Of a DNA stretch of 54,068 nucleotides, positions 29,576-39,461 are shown in pieces. The notes beneath the pieces were generated by a model. It saw only the letters and a program-made list of their open reading frames with translations, did no database searches and was not told where the DNA came from. Source of the DNA: a virus (taxonomy: Duplodnaviria > Caudoviricetes); IMG/VR virus record IMGVR_UViG_3300044825_001528, positions 1-54,068 of that record; one strand, 5' to 3'. The translations under genes were made by a program, and so were the position numbers. Within the stretch, counting starts at the first letter, position 1. Each line of letters starts with the position of its first letter.

Positions 29576-30421
29576 ATGTCTACAGCAAAATTTGAAAAGT
29601 TAATTGATCTCATTCTGAATGAGGATCAAGAACGCGCAGAACAACTGTTTCATGACATCGTAGTTGAAAAGAGTCGTGAAATTTATGAGAGCCTAATGTC
29701 AGAAGACAGCCAAGTAGAGGATCTAATGCAAGAAATTTCGCATGAAGAGGAGGGCATACAAGAAGCCGACGAAGAAATGGACATGGATATGGACATGGAA
29801 ACTCCAATGGGCGACGAGGAAGTTGATGTTGACGCCGAAATGGATGACATGGGTGATGAAGATATGGACATGGAAATGGACACCGATATGGGTGACGAAG
29901 ACATGGACATGGATGACGAAGATATGGGCGATACAGAGCCAGCCACTAAAGAAGACATTATGAATCTAGAAGACAAACTAGACGAACTAATGTCTGAATT
30001 TGAGGCTCTTATGAGCAAAGAAGAAGACGAATCTGCCGAGCTAGATGACGAGGAAGAGGAAGAAGAGGAAGAGGAAGAAGTAATGGAGTCTGTAGAAATG
30101 AAGCCAGCTCCAAAGCCAAAGCATGAAGATCACAAAGCTCACAGTCCAGTTGCTGGAAACAGTGGACAAACTGGAATGGCAAGCAAGCCAGTAAAATTCA
30201 GCGGTGATCATGAAGCTACTCCAAATGGTCCAAAAGCTCCACACAATGCTTACACCAAGGGTGAAGGACAACTACCAGGTGCTGGTAAGTTCAAGAATGC
30301 TCCAGGCGGTGGAAGCAATGTAGACAAGGGCGAGAGTGCTCCAAAGCCAAAACATGAAATGGTTAAGGCAAAGAGCCCAGTTCCCGAGAGCAGAACTTCC
30401 AAAAAGAAGATCATCAAGTAA
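29576..30421 (+). CDS. Highly acidic prohead core-like protein
   Basis: Asp/Glu/Met low-complexity centre and basic Pro-rich tail; lies between portal and protease like T4 gp67/gp68. Confidence 0.68.
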   Translation: MSTAKFEKLIDLILNEDQERAEQLFHDIVVEKSREIYESLMSEDSQVEDLMQEISHEEEGIQEADEEMDMDMDMETPMGDEEVDVDAEMDDMGDEDMDMEMDTDMGDEDMDMDDEDMGDTEPATKEDIMNLEDKLDELMSEFEALMSKEEDESAELDDEEEEEEEEEEVMESVEMKPAPKPKHEDHKAHSPVAGNSGQTGMASKPVKFSGDHEATPNGPKAPHNAYTKGEGQLPGAGKFKNAPGGGSNVDKGESAPKPKHEMVKAKSPVPESRTSKKKIIK

Positions 30422-30436
30422 GGATCAGACATTAAA

Positions 30437-31069
30437 ATGTCGCGATATCTACGAGAAAACTTGACTTTCGACCGCGCTAGTATGGTGGTCGAAAGCGTCA
30501 AGGAAGGAGAAATGAAGGCTCTATACATGAAGGGCATCTTCATTCAGGGTGGGGTAAAGAACGCCAATGAGCGTGTTTATCCCGTTTCCGAGATTGAGCG
30601 TGCTGTAGAAGATCTCAATACTCAAATCAGAGAAGGTCATAGTATTCTGGGCGAAGTAGATCATCCAGACGATCTTAAAATCAACTTGGATCGTGTCAGT
30701 CACATGATTAACAACATGTGGATGGATGGTCCAAATGGTTATGGAAAACTGAAAATATTACCGACTCCAATGGGCCAACTGGTATCTACTATGTTGGAAA
30801 GTGGAGTCAAACTAGGTGTGAGTAGTCGCGGAAGCGGTAACGTAGACGATACTACTGGCAAAGTAAGTGACTTTGAAATCGTCACAGTGGACATTGTAGC
30901 TCAACCAAGTGCCCCAAACGCTTATCCAAAAGCAATATACGAAGGACTAATGAACATGCGTCATGGTCATCGTGTATTGGATAATCTAAAAGGTGCTGGT
31001 TCAGATGCAAAGGTCCAAAAATTCTTGAAAGAAGAAGTAATTCGTCTTATCAAGGATTTGAAAATCTAA
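30437..31069 (+). CDS. gp21: Prohead core protease
   Basis: GIFIQGGVKNANERVYP, GEVDHP, GVSSRGSG, DIVAQPSAPNAY. Confidence 0.95.
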   Translation: MSRYLRENLTFDRASMVVESVKEGEMKALYMKGIFIQGGVKNANERVYPVSEIERAVEDLNTQIREGHSILGEVDHPDDLKINLDRVSHMINNMWMDGPNGYGKLKILPTPMGQLVSTMLESGVKLGVSSRGSGNVDDTTGKVSDFEIVTVDIVAQPSAPNAYPKAIYEGLMNMRHGHRVLDNLKGAGSDAKVQKFLKEEVIRLIKDLKI

Positions 31070-31086
31070 CAAGGGGAAAGCATAAA

Positions 31087-32187
31087 ATGCTAGATGCTAT
31101 CAAACCATTACTTGAAAGCGGAATCATCAACGAAGATGTTGGAGTCGCCATAAACGAAGCCTGGGAATCAAAGTTGAACGAAGCTCGTGAACAAGTTCGT
31201 GCAGAATTAAGAGAAGAATTCGCACGCAAATATGAACATGACAAAAATGTAATGGTGGAAGCCCTAGATCGCATGGTAACTGCTGGTCTTTCTGCGGAGA
31301 TTGCAGAATTCAAAGAAGAAAGACAAGCAATGAACGAAGATCGTGTTAAAGCTCAACGTAAACTACGCGAAGCAGCCGCAAAGTTCAATAACTTTATGGT
31401 TACAAAGCTAGCAGAAGAAATCAAGGAACTTCGTGATGATCGTAAGAATCAGTTCGAACATCGCGAAAAGCTTGAAACATTCGTTGTTGAGTCATTGGCT
31501 CGTGAAATTCGTGAATTTGATCAAGACAAGCGTGCAGTCGTGGAAGCAAAAGTTAAACTAGTTGCCGAAGCAAAAGCACAGCTACAAGCACTAAAGAGCA
31601 AGTTCATTGCTGAAAGTGCAAAACGCTTGAATGCAAATATTACCAAGCATCTGAAGGGTGAAATTGGACAGTTGAAAGAGGACATCAAACTAGCTCGTGA
31701 GAGTCAATTTGGTCGTCGTCTATTCGAAGCCTTTGCAGCAGAATTCAGTGCCACTCATTTAAATGAGAAGGCAGAAACCAGAAAGCTGCTACAAAAGTTA
31801 TCAGAAAAAGACAAGCAACTATCTGAATCCATCAGTACACTCAAGAAAGCACAAGTGCTTATTGAGAACAAGGAACGTGAAGTTCGCATAATCAAAGAAA
31901 GCAATCTTCGTGAAAAGACCATGACAGAACTGTTAGGTACACTAAACGAAGAAAAAGCAAGTGTTATGCGTGATTTACTAGAAAGCGTCCAGACACCAAA
32001 ACTGAAGGCCGCTTTCGACAAGTATTTGCCAGCCGTACTAGACACAAAGAAAGGAAAATCAGTAGCTGATAAAAAGCAAATGATTTCTGAGAGTGTAGTC
32101 ACTGGTGATAAATCTGCCATGAGAAATGAAGTTGACGCCGAGGAACGTGATAACGTGATCGCGATTAAACGTCTGGCAGGGCTTTAA
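31087..32187 (+). CDS. gp22: Prohead scaffolding protein
   Basis: Coiled-coil Glu/Lys/Ala-rich protein between protease and capsid; ends in IKRLAGL. Confidence 0.85.
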   Translation: MLDAIKPLLESGIINEDVGVAINEAWESKLNEAREQVRAELREEFARKYEHDKNVMVEALDRMVTAGLSAEIAEFKEERQAMNEDRVKAQRKLREAAAKFNNFMVTKLAEEIKELRDDRKNQFEHREKLETFVVESLAREIREFDQDKRAVVEAKVKLVAEAKAQLQALKSKFIAESAKRLNANITKHLKGEIGQLKEDIKLARESQFGRRLFEAFAAEFSATHLNEKAETRKLLQKLSEKDKQLSESISTLKKAQVLIENKEREVRIIKESNLREKTMTELLGTLNEEKASVMRDLLESVQTPKLKAAFDKYLPAVLDTKKGKSVADKKQMISESVVTGDKSAMRNEVDAEERDNVIAIKRLAGL

Positions 32188-32214
32188 TTAGACATTAACA
32201 AGGAGATAAGATAA

Positions 32215-33435
32215 ATGTCAAAAGTACTATTAGAGAGCCGTTGGGGCGAAACAAAGGAAGCCCTCCTAGAAGGTCTCCAAGGAACTCGCCGTTCAACAAT
32301 GGGTGTGATTCTAGAGAACACCCGCAAGCAGCTACTACAAGAAAGCAGTGCCGGAACAACCACAGCAGGTAACATCGCAACACTAAACCGTGTTATTCTA
32401 CCAGTTATCCGCCGTGTGATGCCAACCGTTATCGCTAACGAACTAGTAGGTGTACAGCCAATGACTGGTCCAGTTGGTCAGATTCATACTCTGCGTGTTC
32501 GTTACGCACAGAATCTAGGCCCATACGGTGCTAGCGATCCACAAAACGTCGCTAGTGTTGTAGCTGGTGAAGAAGCATTGAGCCCATTCAAGATTGCTCA
32601 AGCATACTCACGCACTCCTGCTGCTACTTCCACGGCCGCTGGAACACCTCCATTCTACACTGCTGCTGATACAGCAACACTAGAAGGCAACGGTGGCAAG
32701 CAGATCAGCGTTCAGATTCTGCGTCAAGCAGTTGAAGCCAAGAGCCGTAAGCTCCAGGCTCGTTGGACATTTGAAGCCGCTCAAGATGCACAGAGCCAAC
32801 ATGGTATCGACGTTGAAGCCGAAATCATGGCTGCTCTAGCTCAAGAGATCACCGCTGAAATCGACCAAGAGATTCTATTGAGCCTACGCAGTCTAGCTGC
32901 AACAGAGTTCACATACAATCAGGCTACCGTTAGCGGTACCGCAACATTCGTTGGTGACGAGCACGCTGCTCTAGCTGTTCTAATCAATCGTGTTGCTAAC
33001 CTGATTGCCCAGCGTACCCGTCGTGGTGCTGGTAACTGGACCGTTGTTTCAAGTGAGGCTCTAACTGTTCTACAGAGCGCCACAACTTCAGCATTTGCTC
33101 GCACAACAGAGGGCACATTTGAAGCTCCAACTAACACCAAGCTAGTTGGTACACTGAACAACGCAATGCGCGTATTCGTTGACTCATATGCTCCAACAGG
33201 AACTCCAGTTCTAGTTGGATACAAAGGTTCAAGCGAAACTGATGCTCCAGCATTCTACTGCCCATACATTCCATTGATGAGCAGTGGTGTTGTGTTGGAT
33301 CCAAGCACTTTCGAACCAGTCGTAAGCTTCATGACCAGATATGGATACATTGAGCTTACCAATACTGCCAGTTCGTTTGGCAATGCAGCCGATTACGTTG
33401 GTGAAATAAATATAACTAACGTAACTTTCCAATAA
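32215..33435 (+). CDS. gp23: Major capsid protein
   Basis: IRRVMPTVIANELVGVQPMTGPVGQI, AKSRKLQARWTFEAAQD, FYCPYIPL, MTRYG. Confidence 0.97.
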   Translation: MSKVLLESRWGETKEALLEGLQGTRRSTMGVILENTRKQLLQESSAGTTTAGNIATLNRVILPVIRRVMPTVIANELVGVQPMTGPVGQIHTLRVRYAQNLGPYGASDPQNVASVVAGEEALSPFKIAQAYSRTPAATSTAAGTPPFYTAADTATLEGNGGKQISVQILRQAVEAKSRKLQARWTFEAAQDAQSQHGIDVEAEIMAALAQEITAEIDQEILLSLRSLAATEFTYNQATVSGTATFVGDEHAALAVLINRVANLIAQRTRRGAGNWTVVSSEALTVLQSATTSAFARTTEGTFEAPTNTKLVGTLNNAMRVFVDSYAPTGTPVLVGYKGSSETDAPAFYCPYIPLMSSGVVLDPSTFEPVVSFMTRYGYIELTNTASSFGNAADYVGEINITNVTFQ

Positions 33436-33485
33436 TTATTGGAATTTATGTGCTCATAAAAATGAGACAGAAATGTCTCTAAAAC

Positions 33486-33510
33486 AAAAGGGACCTTCGG
33501 GTCCCTTTTT
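33486..33510 (+). terminator. Intrinsic terminator with cUUCGg loop after gp23
   Basis: AAAAGGGACC-TTCG-GGTCCCTTTTT. Confidence 0.9.
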
Positions 33511-33543
33511 ATATCGTATTTTATCTAAGTTCGCTCAAATTGT

Positions 33544-33573
33544 TTGACTTGTTAGTAAATGTTGTATTATTAT
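33544..33573 (+). promoter_or_regulatory. Possible sigma70-type promoter for the HNH gene
   Basis: TTGACT at 33544 and TATTAT 18 nt downstream, in an AT-rich spacer. Confidence 0.4.
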
Positions 33574-33618
33574 TATTATGTACATAATATTACTGAAAAG
33601 TAACATTTTGAATGACGA

Positions 33619-34386
33619 ATGATATATACGTATATGGAAAATCACGCAATCTTCAACAATACAAAATACACTAGATGGTATTGGGCCATTATCAAAAAAC
33701 GAGCTATCAGTGATCATAAACTGCCTGGCGAAGTTCATCACATTATTCCTAGAAGTTTGGGCGGAACTGACGATAAGAGCAATTTGGTCAAACTAAGCGG
33801 ACATGATCACGCTTGGTGTCACTGGCTACTAACAAAAATGACTGACGGCGAGAATAGATCCAAGATGATCTACGCATTCAATATGATGGGTGTTTATGGG
33901 GAACACATGAGACGAACAAAATCATACGCTATTGTTAGAGCTTATGAAAGAAATCGCGACGAATGGAGAAAGATGCACAGCGAGAAAATGACTGATCGTG
34001 AGCCTTGGAATAAGGGCAAGAAGTTAGACGACGAGAAATATAAAAAGGCCGGCCGAAGCAACAAAGGCAGAGTACTATCTCCAGAAGTTGCGGAGGCTAA
34101 GCGTTTGCGACAGATTGGAAGAACTATGAGCGCGGAATCTAGTCAAAAGAAGCGTGACGCTATGATAGGTTTTGTTAGAGGTCCTATGAGCGAAGAAGAA
34201 AAACAGAAGAGAAGAATACCTCTAATAGGAAAGAAAAAGAAAGAGGGACACGCGGACAATGTTAGAAATGCAGTTTTGGGAAATATATCCATAAACAAAG
34301 ACGGAATAGAAAAGAAGATAAAAAAAGACGTTTTACAAGAATATCTTGACTCTGGGTGGCAATTGGGAGGAAGAAAGAGAAAATGA
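33619..34386 (+). CDS. Free-standing HNH homing endonuclease with NUMOD3-like basic repeats
   Basis: EVHHIIPRSLGGTDDKSNLVKLSGHDHAWCHWLL; PWNKGKK and MSEEEKQKR-type repeats. Confidence 0.88.
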   Translation: MIYTYMENHAIFNNTKYTRWYWAIIKKRAISDHKLPGEVHHIIPRSLGGTDDKSNLVKLSGHDHAWCHWLLTKMTDGENRSKMIYAFNMMGVYGEHMRRTKSYAIVRAYERNRDEWRKMHSEKMTDREPWNKGKKLDDEKYKKAGRSNKGRVLSPEVAEAKRLRQIGRTMSAESSQKKRDAMIGFVRGPMSEEEKQKRRIPLIGKKKKEGHADNVRNAVLGNISINKDGIEKKIKKDVLQEYLDSGWQLGGRKRK

Positions 34387-34946
34387 AAATCAATGAACTA
34401 GATGAAATGACCATGCGTGGTCCTGAATTATCCAATCAAGCAGAACAGTTTGCTAACAAACATAAGGATCACTGGTTATCTCATGGCAAACATATAGCAG
34501 ATATTGAAAACTATCGAGTTCTGCTGGATGGAATATATTATTCACTGTGGGACAACGATGTATTAGTAGCATGCTGTTCATTATCCAACAGCAATAATGA
34601 AGTAGATGATGTTTATGTTGCCGCAAAATATCGCAACAAAAAGATATTTTCAATGATTCTATGGTTCTTCAAAACAAGATTAAACAGATCTCCATTAATG
34701 CTAGGATCTGTGCATTCTAAAATGATGATGGAAGTAGTTAAGGGATTAAGTAGATTCAACAAATACTGGTACAACATATCAACTAATGAAAAACGTCCAT
34801 TTTCAGTAGATACATTAGATGACTATTATAGTTATCTACAGCCAACCTCTTGGAGATTGATGCTTGAAAATTCTGGAGACTTTAATTGGCCTATGCATAA
34901 TACTGGTGGATATGTGAAGGAATCATATTCTTCGTATATAGAGTGA
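34383..34946 (+). CDS. Hypothetical protein with MKINELDE leader, possible GNAT-like fold
   Basis: ATGA overlap with the HNH stop; VDDVYVAAKYRNKKIFSMIL resembles GNAT motif A. Confidence 0.55.
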   Translation: MKINELDEMTMRGPELSNQAEQFANKHKDHWLSHGKHIADIENYRVLLDGIYYSLWDNDVLVACCSLSNSNNEVDDVYVAAKYRNKKIFSMILWFFKTRLNRSPLMLGSVHSKMMMEVVKGLSRFNKYWYNISTNEKRPFSVDTLDDYYSYLQPTSWRLMLENSGDFNWPMHNTGGYVKESYSSYIE

Positions 34947-34966
34947 TCAACTCGGTTTTGTCTATC

Positions 34967-34986
34967 AAAGGGACCTTCGGGTCCCT
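34967..34986. repeat. Exact 20-bp copy of the gp23 terminator hairpin
   Basis: AAAGGGACCTTCGGGTCCCT identical to 33487-33506 but without the plus-strand T-tract. Confidence 0.88.
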
Positions 34987-35020
34987 ACTCTATTGCCATA
35001 TACATATTTGTCATAGCAGA

Positions 35021-35026
35021 TAAATA
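35021..35026 (+). promoter_or_regulatory. Late promoter (TAAATA) for the tail-fibre cluster
   Basis: GATAAATA 20 nt before ATG 35047. Confidence 0.7.
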
Positions 35027-35046
35027 CTACAATACGGGTAAAAACT

Positions 35047-38000
35047 ATGACTCAACAGATAATCAATGTAGGCGAACTTCCAAATGATGGATCAGGAGAT
35101 CCACTACGATTAGCTTTTCAGAAGATCAACGATAACTTCACACAGGTGTTCACGGCCCCAGGCGCTGCTGGAACGGATGGAAGCTTTCAGTATAGAAGCC
35201 TGAATAGCTTGACAGCAGCAGCGTACTATGACACACTATGGGTACTAGGCGGCATCACTCAATGGTGGACCAGTGTAGACGCGGTTACTTGCGAGCCACT
35301 GACCACATACACACCAACATCAGCAGTCAAGCAGATATATGCTGCCGCAACTGGATTCATAGCAGTGGGTGCGGACTCAATGTTGCTGACCAGTGGTGAT
35401 GGTCTGATATGGACTGCTCGCTCACCTGCTGATCCTAGCAACTTCAACGGTGTCGCACAATATGACGGAGGACGATATGTCATAGTTGGTGATGCTGGAG
35501 CTATACAAACTAGTTTAGACGCAATCACTTGGACCAGTGTAGTCAGCGGGACAAGCCAACATCTAAACTCTGTTGCTGTGTCAAGCATTGGATGGGTAGC
35601 AGTAGGTGACAATGGAACTATTGTGTTCAGTAGCAATGGAACAACTTGGGTATTGGTCACTCCTACTGGAACCAGTGAGAACCTGAACAGCGTGGTCTAC
35701 GATGGTAGCTACTATGTGGCAGTTGGAGACGGTGGCACCATACTACGCAGCGCCGATGGAACAGTGTGGGTTCCAATAGTTACCACTATCACAGAGAACT
35801 TGACCAGTGTGACCACAGGAGTGTTTGACGGGGACACCATTGATGTTGCTGTTGGAGACAGTGGAGCTATCTATACAAGCACAGACTTCAGCACCACTTG
35901 GGAGCAACCACTGGGTTATACCAGAGTAGCAAGCAATCTGACCAGTGTTTGTCGCTACAACAATCTATTCTTGGCAGTTGGTCTCAATGGAACCGTGCTG
36001 ACTAGCCCTGATGCGGTAGATTGGTCCAATGTGACCATAGCAGGCGTAATGGTCGGCAGCACACAACTAACCTACAACGACTTGACAGAACAATTGACGG
36101 TTGACAGTACAACTATTAGCATCACTGGCAACACTGACATCAACACTGACAGCACCAAATCACTGAACATTGGATACACTGATGTGTCCAATGTCAATGT
36201 CAGAAGCAGTACCACTATCAACGGACGCTTGCGCCTGCCAGTATACAACGCAAACCCTAACACAGCACACAGTGTTGGTGGAGACATCTTCTACAATGCC
36301 AACACAGGGTTCTTGGAGTGGTTTGACAGTGTGAGTGGTCTTTGGAAGGTAGTCAGTGATGGCAACCCTGACCCAAGCAATACATTGATCAATGGCAACG
36401 CGGTGTTCACGCTGGAAAGCAGTGGTAACACTAGCGTTCCCGGCAGTATGATACCAACAGTTGCCAACAGCTATGACTTGGGCAGTGTTGATAGTCCTTG
36501 GCGCAGCCTGTATGTGTCCAACAACACCATCTACATAGACAGCGTGCCCTTATCAGTGTCTGGCAATACGCTGACAGTAGCTGGCATCCCAGTAATCACT
36601 AGCGATACAACTGACCCAGTTATCACCAGCAACACTGTGACTTCTGCTGGATTGGTGTTGACTACAAACACTGGCATCCAGTTCAGCGACAACACCGTAC
36701 TGACCAGCACTGACAGCATAGGAACAGTCAAGAGTGTTGACATCAGTGGCGGCAACACTGGGCTCACAACTGCTGACGGTCCAATCACTAGCACTGGAAC
36801 CATCACACTGGAGGGAACACTGAACATAGAGCACGGGGGCACTGGTCAGACAACAGCACAGCTAGCATTTGATGCCTTGGCACCTACTACCAATACTGGA
36901 GACATCATCTACAATGATGGGTCTAACAACACTAGACTTCCAATCGGAGAGGACGATCAAGTACTGAAAGTAGTTGGTGGTGTTCCTAGTTGGGCTAACA
37001 ATCAAACAGCTAACACTGGTGATGTTACTTTCTCAACCAATGTTGTACAGGGAACAGGGTATGAACTAGGATTGAGTCCTGGCACTGGATTCACTGATGA
37101 CTATCAATATTTCCGTGTCAGAGGAGGCGATGTTCCAGAGCATCTACACTTCGACACAACTAACAGCAATGCTTACGATCTGTATGTTGGAGACGATCAA
37201 AAGTTCTTCAAGTTGAGCAAAGACGGTCCTGCTATCATTCAATCGCTGGACGCAAATACTGCTACTGGATACACTTGGACATTCGGCATAGACGGCAAAC
37301 TAACACTACCAGTTGATGGTGATATAGTAAACAGCAATGGCAGTTCAGTATTGAGTGTGGGAACAGTGACCAGCATAGACATCAGCGGTGGAGACACAGG
37401 TCTACTCACAGTAGGCGGACCCATCACCAGCAACGGCACTATCACTATAGGTGGAACTCTGAATGTTGCCAATGGCGGCACTGGAGCTACAACAGTAGCG
37501 GCAGCATTTACCGCACTGGCTCCAAGTCAAGCAAACAACGCGGGCAAGCTTCTAACAACCAATGGAACCACTGCTAGCTGGAGTTCATTGGGCATTACCA
37601 ACGAGATCTATGTAAGCAAGGGTGGTAATGACAGCACTGCCGACGGTAGCATTACCAAGCCCTTCCTGACTATCAGTGCCGCGATCAACTATCTGAACAC
37701 CAACTACCCAGTAGCAAACAACAGCGGCACACAGTTCGTGATCGTAGTAGGCCCAGGACTCTACAGTGAGAATGTCAACATCAACAGACTGCTGACACAC
37801 CTATGGGCCTATGAGGGTAAGCTAAAGACCACACGCATCAGTGGAACAGTGACTGTCACCAGTGCTGTTGATTATCAGGGCATATTTCAGAATGTAGTGT
37901 CACTGAACAATCTATTCATTGACAACACAACTAACAATGCGCTAGAGGTCACAGGCAGCATACCAATCAGTATTGACATCAACAACTGTGCGCTGTATAC

Positions 38001-39096
38001 TGATAGCACTGGTGTCCCATTCGTAATGACCAACACTGCTCTAGGCGGTAACAGGCTACGATTGATAGGCACTGATCTAACCGCAGCGGGGAACGCAAGT
38101 GCTCTAGACATCACCAATGTAACCAATTGCTTCATCAACGATATCAACACAAGCAGCGCCAAGGTGGGTGGCAGTGCTTGGAAGATAGCTGATTCGGTAA
38201 TGACCATAGGAACCGTCCAACTAGTTGGAAGTGGAACTAACGGTCCCGCCAATCTGCTAGAGGTCACAGGCGCTACCAGCATAGTGTCTGTGGGCTATAG
38301 TAGCTTCACAAGCGGCACTACCAATGGCAACGGCATCTATATCGGTGCTGGTGCTCGTGTGATTGCTGGTGCCAACTTCTACAACATCCCGCTGGGCACT
38401 GGCTACAGCGTGACTGGTGCTGCTGGCGGCATCTATGTTCGCGGTGGCAATCAGGCTGTACCTGGTACTAACAATGGCGTGAACCCATTGTTGTCACTGT
38501 CAACATTCAATATGAACACGCATATCGCTGCTAGTGATATAGTTGGCGCTGTTGCTATTGCCAATGGAGGCACTGGGCAGACAAGTAAGACAGCAGCGTT
38601 CGACGCACTGGCTCCTACTACCACTGCTGGCGACTTGATCTACTACAACGGTACCGACAATGTTCGTCTACCCGCTGGCAGCAACAATCAAGTACTGTCT
38701 CTAAATGGTACTACTCCAACTTGGGTCAACGGCGTTAGGAAAACCACTGGTAGCTGGACAGTGACACCAGGGTCTAGCACATATAGCTTCAGTGTTCCAG
38801 ACAACAATACCTATACGATGTGGGTCAGAGGAAACATTCCCAATGGCATCATCGTGTGGAACGCTACCGTTTCGCTGTCCAATGCCAATGTTCCAGCGAT
38901 AGGCACGCAGTACGGTTGGTATTATCTAGCCGGAAATCAGTTAGTGCTAACATCAATGCCCGATCAGATAATAGGCACGGCAGGTAGCATTAGCACGGCA
39001 ACTGTAGCTACTACCACAGCAAACACCTTCACATTCGGCATAACAAACAACAGTGGGTCTAACTGTACCATTGAATATGGATACATAACACTATGA
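35047..39096 (+). CDS. Multi-domain tail fibre / receptor-binding protein
   Basis: INVGELPNDGSGDPLRLAFQKINDNF (T4 gp9/gp10-type attachment motif), VAVGDxGTI propeller repeats, repeated GGTGxTT fibre modules, YVSKGGND...GSITKPFLTI beta-helix start. Confidence 0.8.
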   Translation: MTQQIINVGELPNDGSGDPLRLAFQKINDNFTQVFTAPGAAGTDGSFQYRSLNSLTAAAYYDTLWVLGGITQWWTSVDAVTCEPLTTYTPTSAVKQIYAAATGFIAVGADSMLLTSGDGLIWTARSPADPSNFNGVAQYDGGRYVIVGDAGAIQTSLDAITWTSVVSGTSQHLNSVAVSSIGWVAVGDNGTIVFSSNGTTWVLVTPTGTSENLNSVVYDGSYYVAVGDGGTILRSADGTVWVPIVTTITENLTSVTTGVFDGDTIDVAVGDSGAIYTSTDFSTTWEQPLGYTRVASNLTSVCRYNNLFLAVGLNGTVLTSPDAVDWSNVTIAGVMVGSTQLTYNDLTEQLTVDSTTISITGNTDINTDSTKSLNIGYTDVSNVNVRSSTTINGRLRLPVYNANPNTAHSVGGDIFYNANTGFLEWFDSVSGLWKVVSDGNPDPSNTLINGNAVFTLESSGNTSVPGSMIPTVANSYDLGSVDSPWRSLYVSNNTIYIDSVPLSVSGNTLTVAGIPVITSDTTDPVITSNTVTSAGLVLTTNTGIQFSDNTVLTSTDSIGTVKSVDISGGNTGLTTADGPITSTGTITLEGTLNIEHGGTGQTTAQLAFDALAPTTNTGDIIYNDGSNNTRLPIGEDDQVLKVVGGVPSWANNQTANTGDVTFSTNVVQGTGYELGLSPGTGFTDDYQYFRVRGGDVPEHLHFDTTNSNAYDLYVGDDQKFFKLSKDGPAIIQSLDANTATGYTWTFGIDGKLTLPVDGDIVNSNGSSVLSVGTVTSIDISGGDTGLLTVGGPITSNGTITIGGTLNVANGGTGATTVAAAFTALAPSQANNAGKLLTTNGTTASWSSLGITNEIYVSKGGNDSTADGSITKPFLTISAAINYLNTNYPVANNSGTQFVIVVGPGLYSENVNINRLLTHLWAYEGKLKTTRISGTVTVTSAVDYQGIFQNVVSLNNLFIDNTTNNALEVTGSIPISIDINNCALYTDSTGVPFVMTNTALGGNRLRLIGTDLTAAGNASALDITNVTNCFINDINTSSAKVGGSAWKIADSVMTIGTVQLVGSGTNGPANLLEVTGATSIVSVGYSSFTSGTTNGNGIYIGAGARVIAGANFYNIPLGTGYSVTGAAGGIYVRGGNQAVPGTNNGVNPLLSLSTFNMNTHIAASDIVGAVAIANGGTGQTSKTAAFDALAPTTTAGDLIYYNGTDNVRLPAGSNNQVLSLNGTTPTWVNGVRKTTGSWTVTPGSSTYSFSVPDNNTYTMWVRGNIPNGIIVWNATVSLSNANVPAIGTQYGWYYLAGNQLVLTSMPDQIIGTAGSISTATVATTTANTFTFGITNNSGSNCTIEYGYITL

Positions 39097-39461
39097 GAGC
39101 ACGAGAGTTTATCAGTGAAGTAAAGAAAACCCAGATGCGTAAGGATCACGAGAACGCTACTACTGGTCGTCATACATTTACTGATGCTCCAGCCGATAGA
39201 TTTTATGTGCTGGGTAAAGTAATGAGTGCTGCTGCTTGTGCTAATGGTTACGATCCACTGAATGTCCCGGCAGAAACTTGGGTAGGAAAACGAAACACTG
39301 CTCATCCATACACAGATGTTGAAGACAAGATGATGAAGCAAGCATATAAAGCGGTAGGAGTCAAATGGAAGGATCACAATCACGGTGATTTACGCAGTAT
39401 GGAGCCAGAAAGCACCAATAGCACTAGTCCAATAAAGCCATTCAAGGGATACAAACGATGA
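39093..39461 (+). CDS. Hypothetical protein with MRAREFISE leader, ending SPIKPFKGYKR
   Basis: ATGA overlaps at both ends; paralogous to the last module of 41088..41972. Confidence 0.78.
   Translation: MRAREFISEVKKTQMRKDHENATTGRHTFTDAPADRFYVLGKVMSAAACANGYDPLNVPAETWVGKRNTAHPYTDVEDKMMKQAYKAVGVKWKDHNHGDLRSMEPESTNSTSPIKPFKGYKR

Noticed and set aside
29683-30100. Ser-rich antisense and Trp/Thr-rich alternate-frame ORFs and GACATG repeats
   Set aside because: By-products of the Asp/Met/Glu low-complexity coding sequence.
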